NCBI GenBank assembly: GCA_963691875.1
Contig: OY829846.1
Span: forward strand, 1,728,001-1,792,000
Reading direction: 5' to 3'
Source of the DNA: Aureliella sp.
GTDB taxonomy: Bacteria > Planctomycetota > Planctomycetia > Pirellulales > Pirellulaceae
DNA: 64,000 nucleotides
Shown here: piece by piece, positions 57,204 to 64,000 of the stretch
Numbering within the stretch: the first letter of the stretch is position 1
Layout of the letters: the number at the start of each line of letters is the position of its first letter
Program-made: the position numbers and the translations under genes
The notes under the pieces: generated by a model
Databases searched by the model: none
Seen by the model: only the letters and a program-made list of their open reading frames with translations
Told to the model about the DNA's origin: nothing

Positions 57204-58763
57204 TCAGCCAGCCGGCATCTCCTGGGGTGAGACCGAAATTGGACAAGTCGCTCCAACTGGTCTGGATGCACTATTTTGCTTCGCTTCGCTTGGCTCCTCC
57301 TCAGTCGTGGCCGCTCTTTCGTTGGGGCTCGTGCTTGGAACCGGTGCATTAACGGACGGCACAGGGACTGATACAGCCTGAGAAGCAGCGGCGAGAGAGC
57401 CGTTCATTTGCGTGCCGAGACTGCCGAAGTAGTTTTTGCAAGCGTGCTTTAAGTAATCGATACGCAAATCGAGCGGCTCGCTGCGGTACTGACAATACGC
57501 ACGAACCTGCTTCAGTAAGTCGCGAGGATAACAACGACGCAATGGCCAACCACCTTTGATGAAGTAACCTTCGATCAACTGTTGGACAATCGCGGGCCGC
57601 CAAGGGAATCCAAACTGGCTGCATGCCAGCTGGAACAAATACATGAACTCATTCGGACTTGGATCGCGAATCTCAATCTTGAAAGGAACACGACGTAAGA
57701 AAGCTTCGTCCACCAAGTCGGCAGGTTGTAGATTGGTGGAGAAAAGTACAAGCTGCTCGAAAGGAACGCTAATGTTCTTGCCAGTTGGCAGCGTCAAATA
57801 GTCAATCTTGTTTTCAAGCGGAACGATCCATCGATTGAGCAACTCCGTTGGTGATACCCTTTGACGGCCAAAGTCGTCGATCAGTAGGCTGCCGCAGTTA
57901 CTTTTCAGCTGTAATGGAGCTTCGCAAGTATTAGTGCGTACGTCATGGCGGATTTCGAGATTGTCAAGCGTCAATTCGCGGCCAGCAAGGACAGTTGGGC
58001 GCCGAATTCGAATCCAACGTCGGTCATAGTCTTGCATGTTAACCAGACCACGCTCGTTCTCGATCTTCAGTTCTTCGTGATAAGCACCGTCGTATAGCTT
58101 GATAATTACTCCATCATCGATGATGGCATGAGGTATCCATACACTTTCGCTTCGCAAGACGGTCAGACACTTTGCCAGTGTTGTTTTACCGTTGCCCGGA
58201 GGACCGTACAGGAAGATGCCACCGGAGCTAGTATTGACGGCTGGACCAAGGAAGTCGAGCCAACCTTTTTCATACGAGATTTCCGCCATCGCCTCCGTCA
58301 GCTGCGCTCGCTCGATCGCCTCGTATTGGTTTGACTGAGCCTCGACCGACAGCAGGTATTCGGACATCGGAACAGGTGCAGGGCCAGTGTAGACAAATGA
58401 CTTCTGGCTGTTGAGCGTTCGTTTTTGGCCAGCATCGGTCAAACTGTAATAGTAGTCATTCAGCGGCGCGGACCGTGCGTGAGCCACAACCAATCTTGTC
58501 CGAAGGCCGCCGAGAAAATTTTCTACGATGCCGAAAGGAAGACCAACTTTTTCAGAAAGTCTTCGGCCACTGAGCGTACCTTCAGCCAGCAGGCATTGGC
58601 ATACAATCGTCTCGACCAGTGGAAGCGAAAGCCCAGCATCCTCCAGCGACATGGGTGCGGCGGGCCAATACTGGTCGTCATGCAAAACGGTCGGAAGAGC
58701 CACCTCCGACAGTGAATCGGTATCGGACGGGTCGACTGAGTGATTGTTTCTAGCTAGTTCCAT
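57204..58763 (-). CDS. AAA+ ATPase with N-terminal winged-helix-like segment
   Basis: Walker A GPPGNGKT, Walker B LLIDDFG, sensor FSTN, DEAFLRR Arg finger; wHTH-like LSGRRLSEKVGLP...YSLTDAG. Confidence 0.88.
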   Translation of the reverse strand: MELARNNHSVDPSDTDSLSEVALPTVLHDDQYWPAAPMSLEDAGLSLPLVETIVCQCLLAEGTLSGRRLSEKVGLPFGIVENFLGGLRTRLVVAHARSAPLNDYYYSLTDAGQKRTLNSQKSFVYTGPAPVPMSEYLLSVEAQSNQYEAIERAQLTEAMAEISYEKGWLDFLGPAVNTSSGGIFLYGPPGNGKTTLAKCLTVLRSESVWIPHAIIDDGVIIKLYDGAYHEELKIENERGLVNMQDYDRRWIRIRRPTVLAGRELTLDNLEIRHDVRTNTCEAPLQLKSNCGSLLIDDFGRQRVSPTELLNRWIVPLENKIDYLTLPTGKNISVPFEQLVLFSTNLQPADLVDEAFLRRVPFKIEIRDPSPNEFMYLFQLACSQFGFPWRPAIVQQLIEGYFIKGGWPLRRCYPRDLLKQVRAYCQYRSEPLDLRIDYLKHACKNYFGSLGTQMNGSLAAASQAVSVPVPSVNAPVPSTSPNERAATTEEEPSEAKQNSASRPVGATCPISVSPQEMPAG

Positions 58764-59232
58764 CAGTCGTTCCGCTTGCTTGTGTCGAAGGAGACGGTCT
58801 CTGGCTTATGGAAAACGAGGGAGCAGACCACCAGTTGTGTTGGGGAACTTCGACTGCGCAAGTAAAGAGCACACGGGGCAGATAAAACATACGCGCTTTG
58901 CGGGTTAGGTAGATTTGCCGACAAAACAGTTTGCGGTCTTACGACAATTTGCAGTAACTTTGCGTGGAGATAGTCCTAGATTGCGGACTTTGACGATTCG
59001 GGAGGATCAGAGAGTCCTGCGTTCTGCGCTAAGCAGTATTCAATTGAAGCCTGCTTCTGCAAGGTTCCTCATCTGTTTTTTCTCGCCCAAAACATGAATT
59101 CAGAATCTATGGCTTATGGTTTGAAAGCCACCGATTTAGGCGGTTGGCACCGACGTTTCGGCGTCACTCATCGGCGTAACCACACTCCAATGCCCCACAA
59201 GAAGATTCCGTTAGTTACGAACCCTTCAGCCA

Positions 59233-60351
59233 ATGGACTCACATCCCATTCAACCGAAAAGTACGAGCCGCCAGTCAGCAGCTGTCGATCGGCTACGTTG
59301 GATGCTGGTACCAGCGGCTAGTAGCGGTGGGCACGAGCCAATCGTTGCATGGCCTCTTCCCTTCCGAATCGGCCGACGCCAAGGTTGCGTTTTGCAGTTG
59401 AATTCAAAAGCAATCTCTGGTCATCACGCGGAGTTGCATCAAGTAGACGACCAGCTCTGGGTTACCGATCTAAACAGCACCAACGGCACTTACGTCAACG
59501 GGAAACGTATTGATCAGCCTACGGAATTGAACGATACCGCCCTGCTTCAGTTGGCAGACATCGCCTTCCGAGTCGACCGAGATCGCCATGAGCTTACTTT
59601 CGCTACGATCAACGAAGAGATGTGCGACGATGCATTGGCGCTAGTCCAATTTGATCGTTTGATGGAAAACCGCCTTGTCACGCCATTCTTTCAATCGATC
59701 GTGGACCTACGCTCCGGAGCTCCGCTTGGCTATGAAGTGCTTGCCCGAAGTCAAGTCTTCGGTTTAGAGTCGAGCTACGCGATGTTCAATGTGGCATCGC
59801 AACTGAACATGGAAGTGGTCCTGAGCGCGATGTTGAGGTGGGAAGGAATCCGTGAAGGACTCAACTTGCCGGATCGCCCCACCCTGTTCGTCAACACACA
59901 TCCGCATGAAATTCGGACAGAAGGCCTGGTTTCTTCGCTGGCAAACGTCAAGCAACTTTCTTCCGACATGCGAATTGTGTTAGAGGTGCATGAGGCTGCA
60001 ATTACCGATCCCAAAGAAATGGTCGAATTGCGAGACAACCTCAAAGCTTTAGGTATTGGCATTGCTTACGACGACTTTAGCTCAGGACAAACCCGCCTCA
60101 CAGAACTCATTGAAGCTCAGCCCGACTATTTGAAATTCGACACCCGCCTGATCAAAAACATCGATAAAGCCAGTTTAGAACGCCAACGAACACTGGAGTC
60201 GCTAGTCAAGATGGCCCTGGACCTCGGCGTCAATCCCTTGGCAGTGGGTGTCGAGACTGCTGCTGAAGCTGATGTCTGCCGAAAGATGGGCTTCAAGGCC
60301 GCACAAGGCTACCACTTTGGTCGTCCTGCTCCGGTTCGCAGCTTCCAGTAA
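59233..60351 (+). CDS. FHA + EAL domain protein
   Basis: FHA IGRR, ISGHHA, DLNSTNGTYVNG; EAL YEVLAR, FVN, LEVHE, DDFSSG, LKFD, QGYHFGRP. Confidence 0.9.
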   Translation: MDSHPIQPKSTSRQSAAVDRLRWMLVPAASSGGHEPIVAWPLPFRIGRRQGCVLQLNSKAISGHHAELHQVDDQLWVTDLNSTNGTYVNGKRIDQPTELNDTALLQLADIAFRVDRDRHELTFATINEEMCDDALALVQFDRLMENRLVTPFFQSIVDLRSGAPLGYEVLARSQVFGLESSYAMFNVASQLNMEVVLSAMLRWEGIREGLNLPDRPTLFVNTHPHEIRTEGLVSSLANVKQLSSDMRIVLEVHEAAITDPKEMVELRDNLKALGIGIAYDDFSSGQTRLTELIEAQPDYLKFDTRLIKNIDKASLERQRTLESLVKMALDLGVNPLAVGVETAAEADVCRKMGFKAAQGYHFGRPAPVRSFQ

Positions 60352-60414
60352 CATCTCTCCCTCGCGACGTCACTACTTTGATCCGCAGTCTTTCTGCCTC
60401 AAAATCTTCCGCTG

Positions 60415-61656
60415 CTACTCGTAGCGTAGCGCGTCTATCGGATCTAACTTGCTTGCTCGCCAAGCAGGATAGAAGCCGAAAAGGATGCCGACCGCAGCAG
60501 AAAATATCAACGCTACAATTGCAGCGTTGTAGCTGACGATCACAGGCCAGTCCTTGCCGGAAGAGATTTCATTGATAAGAGTTGTCATGCCGATTGAGAA
60601 TCCGGTCCCAAGCCCTATTCCAATGGCACCGCCGATCACAGAAAGCACGACAGATTCAACTAGGAATTGCATCAGTATATCTCGTCCTCGCGCGCCAACG
60701 GCCATGCGAATTCCGATCTCACGGGTTCGCTCCGTGACGGACACCAACATGATGTTCATAATTCCAACGCCTCCAACAATCAAGGAAATCCCTGCGATGG
60801 CGGCCAGCATGATCGTCAACGTTCCGGTCACTACAGCAAATCCAGCTGCCATCTCGGAAGAACTCCGAACAATGAAATCTGCCGGTTGCCCCAAGCCGAT
60901 CTCGTGCCGGTCCAGTAGTAGATTCCGCATTTCAACTTCGGCTTGCGGCATTTGATCCGCACTTCTAGCCGTCGCGATGATGTAATTCACAGTGTCAAAA
61001 TTGCTACCCTGCAACCTCTTGCGAACGGTCGTATGAGGCATAACCAAAACGTCATCCTTGTCCTGCCCCACCATGTCGGCCCCCTTCGATTCGAAGACAC
61101 CGACAACTTCAAAGGGGATGTTCTTTACACGTATGATTTTGCCAATTGGGTTTGAAGTCTGGAACAGTTTCTCCACGACGGTTTGCCCAAGGACACAAAC
61201 CTTATTTGCAGCCTTGATATCACGCTCGGTGAAAAAATTCCCAAGTCGCAACTGCCAATTCCTGACAACTACGAAATCTTCTCCCACGCCCATAGACTCC
61301 GTAGGTGTCCAGTTGCAGTTCCCGTAGACGGCCGGTGCAGCGGCGATCACAACTGGGCTCGCCGCGACCACGCTTTCGCATTCCTCACCTAGAGCAGTTG
61401 CGTCAGGAGCAGTGAGCGTCTGAATCTGACGCCGGACGCCACGACTGGACTGCTCATTCCCTGGAAAGACCAAGATCACGTTTGTCCCGAACGCTTCAAA
61501 CTCGCCTTGAACCAACTGGCTTGCCGACAGTCCCACGGAAACCATCGCGGTTACTGCGGCGATACCGATCACCACCCCGAGCACTGTCAAGGCTGCTCGC
61601 ATCTTGTTCTTCGCTAAGGCTCGAATGGCAATACGAATCGTTGCAAAACCGATCAC
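60415..61656 (-). CDS. MacB/FtsX-type ABC permease
   Basis: NKMRAALTVLGVVIGIAAV; GGVGIMNIMLVSVTERTREIGIRMAVGA; FGFYPAWRASKLDPIDALRYE. Confidence 0.92.
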   Translation of the reverse strand: MIGFATIRIAIRALAKNKMRAALTVLGVVIGIAAVTAMVSVGLSASQLVQGEFEAFGTNVILVFPGNEQSSRGVRRQIQTLTAPDATALGEECESVVAASPVVIAAAPAVYGNCNWTPTESMGVGEDFVVVRNWQLRLGNFFTERDIKAANKVCVLGQTVVEKLFQTSNPIGKIIRVKNIPFEVVGVFESKGADMVGQDKDDVLVMPHTTVRKRLQGSNFDTVNYIIATARSADQMPQAEVEMRNLLLDRHEIGLGQPADFIVRSSSEMAAGFAVVTGTLTIMLAAIAGISLIVGGVGIMNIMLVSVTERTREIGIRMAVGARGRDILMQFLVESVVLSVIGGAIGIGLGTGFSIGMTTLINEISSGKDWPVIVSYNAAIVALIFSAAVGILFGFYPAWRASKLDPIDALRYE

Positions 61657-62111
61657 AATCGGGCTTTCAAATTTGGACTATCGACGTGTGACGAAGCAGT
61701 GTTGTTTGTCAAACCGCTGATTTCACAGTCTCCGTTTTGACTCAATAAACCATTTTCCAACAAGGCCGTGCATGCTAGCTATGGCAACGCGGCACGATTG
61801 GAAACTCGCCCGACCTGCCAAACGTGCAGACCCGTATTCAACGACACTACCCTAAAGCCTTTCGATCGTTGGACTTACGGGTATCCCGAAAATGTGAAGC
61901 AATCTTGGATTTCTCATGCACCACCTTAACTCAGCGAAGCGTAAGATAAATCCCTCTTTACCCCAGAATGGAATCTTCTCACAATACCGCGACTTCTGCC
62001 ACGGCTACCGGTTGCTCGGCAGACCAAACCCTTCCAAGGATGGTTGGGCAAATAAAACGGACGCGCGTGGTCAACTACGCCCCACAAACACGCAGAGCAA
62101 GGAGTGCACAA

Positions 62112-62735
62112 GTGCGTAATTGGAGCCTACTTACGGCAATCTTAATCGCTGGATTTGTTTCACCAGCTGTCGGACAGGAAGGTGCCGCTGGCACCGCAGC
62201 TACCAGCCAAATCAGCATCGCTGTAATTGATGTTGGATTCATCTTGAAGAATCACCCAACGATGAAGAACGACCTCGATACGATCGAGGGTCAAATGAAA
62301 CAAGCCGACGAAGAAATGACCAAACGTCGGAACGAAATCCTCAAGTTGATGGAGCAGCTGAAAGAACGTTTCCAAGAGGGAACAGCTGAATACATCAAAG
62401 AGGAAAAGAGAATCGCTGCAATGGACACCGACTTCCGCCTCGAAATCGTCAATAAACGCAAAGAATTCGACGGGAAGCGAGCTCAAGTTCTATCGGCAAT
62501 CTACTCCGAAATTACTTCTCTTGTAGCTTACGCAAGCAAGAGCATGGGCATTCAAGTCGTTCTACGAGTCAATGGCACTCGCGAGAAGCTTGATCCGAAC
62601 AAGCCAGAGACCGTTCAATTGAAACTTTCTCAAGAAGTTGTTCACTACGCATCTAACGTAGATCTTACTGAGTGGGTCTTGGATGGATTGAAGCAGCGAA
62701 GTGCGAATCGCACGGGCGCTGCTGTCCCTCGATAA
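62112..62735 (+). CDS. skp: OmpH/Skp periplasmic chaperone
   Basis: RBS AAGGAG before GTG 62112; signal peptide; IAVIDV; coiled coil; VDLTEWVL; upstream of lpxC-lpxA. Confidence 0.82.
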   Translation: MRNWSLLTAILIAGFVSPAVGQEGAAGTAATSQISIAVIDVGFILKNHPTMKNDLDTIEGQMKQADEEMTKRRNEILKLMEQLKERFQEGTAEYIKEEKRIAAMDTDFRLEIVNKRKEFDGKRAQVLSAIYSEITSLVAYASKSMGIQVVLRVNGTREKLDPNKPETVQLKLSQEVVHYASNVDLTEWVLDGLKQRSANRTGAAVPR

Positions 62736-62868
62736 AATTGGTAGCTCACCAATTTGAATTCACGAGTTACTCATCCAGCGAGACTGCAAGAGTAACCCAT
62801 CAGAAACTTGTGAACAAATGGATGCTTAATCACCCCTTGCTCTGCCACCGTTTGCGAGCTTGAAACAT

Positions 62869-62898
62869 AGGCGTGCGAGAGACTTCTCTCGCACGCCT
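62869..62898. other. Strong inverted repeat (13-14-bp stem) between skp and lpxC
   Basis: aggcgtgcgagag / ctctcgcacgcct; no U tract. Confidence 0.65.
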
Positions 62899-62991
62899 CG
62901 CTTCGGTGAACGATGCACGTTTTCTAAGTGGTTTCTGTTCACATAGTTTTAAGTATGAAACTAGAAACATCTAAGTTGATCAGGCAATAGA

Positions 62992-63879
62992 ATGCCATCC
63001 CCACGAGTCGAAACCACCCTCAAATGTCCGTGTTCTGTGAGCGGACGAGGATATTGGTCGGGCAAACTAAACACACTGACTTTTCATCCAGCACCAGTCG
63101 GAACAGGAATCCAATTCCGACGAGGCGATATCGCAAGTGCTAGAGCAGTCCCGGTCGTAACGGCAAATTGCATCGGCATGCCTCTTAGGACGAGGCTAAC
63201 CGATGGGTTCTCCGACTTCGACATGATTGAGCATGTAATGTCGGCATTGGCTGGCTTGCAAATCGACAACGCGATAGTAGCATGCACCGAGTCAGAGATG
63301 CCAGGCTTTGATGGCAGTAGCTATCCGATTGCCTTAGCGCTTCATCAGGCAGGGATCGAACCTCAACGAGAGGCAAAGGCTACGTTCCAGCCTAGCGAAC
63401 CCATTCAAATCGGAGACGCTGAACAATTTGTCAGGCTAGAACCACCTGGAGCCGATCAGTCAGCCAGCCTAGTTGTCGAATACCAATTGGACTACGGCGC
63501 GGATAGCCCGATCGGAATTCACACTTTCACAAGCGAATGCACACCTGAAACCTACTTGCATTCGATTGCTCCCGCAAGAACATTCATTACCGAACAAGAT
63601 GCTAAGCATCTCCAAGACAACGGAATGGCAACTCACGTCACAGAGCGGGACTTGGTCGTGTTTGGGCCGAGCGGCCCCATCCTCAACGAATTGCGTTTTG
63701 AAGATGAATGTGCCCGACACAAAGCCCTGGATTTGATAGGTGACCTAGCGTTGACCGGCTTGGATTTGGTAGGACGCTTAATTGCCCGCCGAAGTGGGCA
63801 CCATATGAACGGAGAAATGGCGAAGTTGATCGACGCACAAGTGGAAGTTGCCTCAGGCGCCCCGCGACGCGTAGCTTGA
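62992..63879 (+). CDS. lpxC: UDP-3-O-acyl-GlcNAc deacetylase
   Basis: GIQFRR, MIEHVMSAL, EMPGFDGS, IAPARTF, RHKALDLIGDLAL, SGHHMN. Confidence 0.93.
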   Translation: MPSPRVETTLKCPCSVSGRGYWSGKLNTLTFHPAPVGTGIQFRRGDIASARAVPVVTANCIGMPLRTRLTDGFSDFDMIEHVMSALAGLQIDNAIVACTESEMPGFDGSSYPIALALHQAGIEPQREAKATFQPSEPIQIGDAEQFVRLEPPGADQSASLVVEYQLDYGADSPIGIHTFTSECTPETYLHSIAPARTFITEQDAKHLQDNGMATHVTERDLVVFGPSGPILNELRFEDECARHKALDLIGDLALTGLDLVGRLIARRSGHHMNGEMAKLIDAQVEVASGAPRRVA

Positions 63880-63930
63880 GCAGACATACTCGCCAAAGAC
63901 GATATTACTGTTTCTCGAAAGCAATTTAGT

Positions 63931-64000
63931 ATGGCCAGCATTATCGCCCATACCGCTGTTGTCGACCCACGAGCTGAGTTGGATGAAGATGTCCGAGTTG
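63931..64000 (+). CDS. lpxA: Probable LpxA N-terminus (partial)
   Basis: MASIIAHTAVVDPRAELDEDVRV hexapeptide start directly after lpxC. Confidence 0.8.
   Translation, partial: MASIIAHTAVVDPRAELDEDVRV

Overview
A gene-dense, mid-GC bacterial chromosome segment. Its gene content is typical of Planctomycetota, most like Pirellulaceae: a DUF1559 prepilin-like protein with its lipoprotein partner, a BBP7-type beta-barrel, a TPR + FG-GAP/ASPIC-UnbV protein, a PQQ-like propeller and a kinase-tubulin fusion. Housekeeping genes (nhaD, folC, lysA, lgt, galM, fabI, rpiB, skp/ompH-lpxC-lpxA) are interspersed with uncharacterised modules. I saw no rRNA, tRNA, CRISPR array or intact transposase. The strongest candidates for under-described systems are: (1) an operon of a membrane-anchored DUF2760 protein, two atypical Hsp70s and a membrane protein (40.7-47.0 kb); (2) a wHTH-AAA ATPase plus a Ser/Thr kinase fused to a tubulin/FtsZ-like domain, flanked by an FHA-EAL protein whose EAL has lost its general-base Glu and by an LMW phosphatase (53.5-60.4 kb); (3) a PilH/PilI/PilG-like ABC module with a His-motif periplasmic loop (10.6-15.5 kb); (4) a TlpA-type thiol oxidoreductase lipoprotein with 17 GSG[IV][TR][FLY] hexapeptide repeats, next to an octaheme cytochrome; (5) a Pro/Glu/Tyr-rich protein built from 8 x 96-bp tandem repeats. 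The 31-37 kb region also holds decayed genes that the ORF track shows only in fragments: an ECF sigma factor, an EF-Tu domain 3 relic and an LRR fragment. All family assignments come from reading motifs by eye; no database searches were run.
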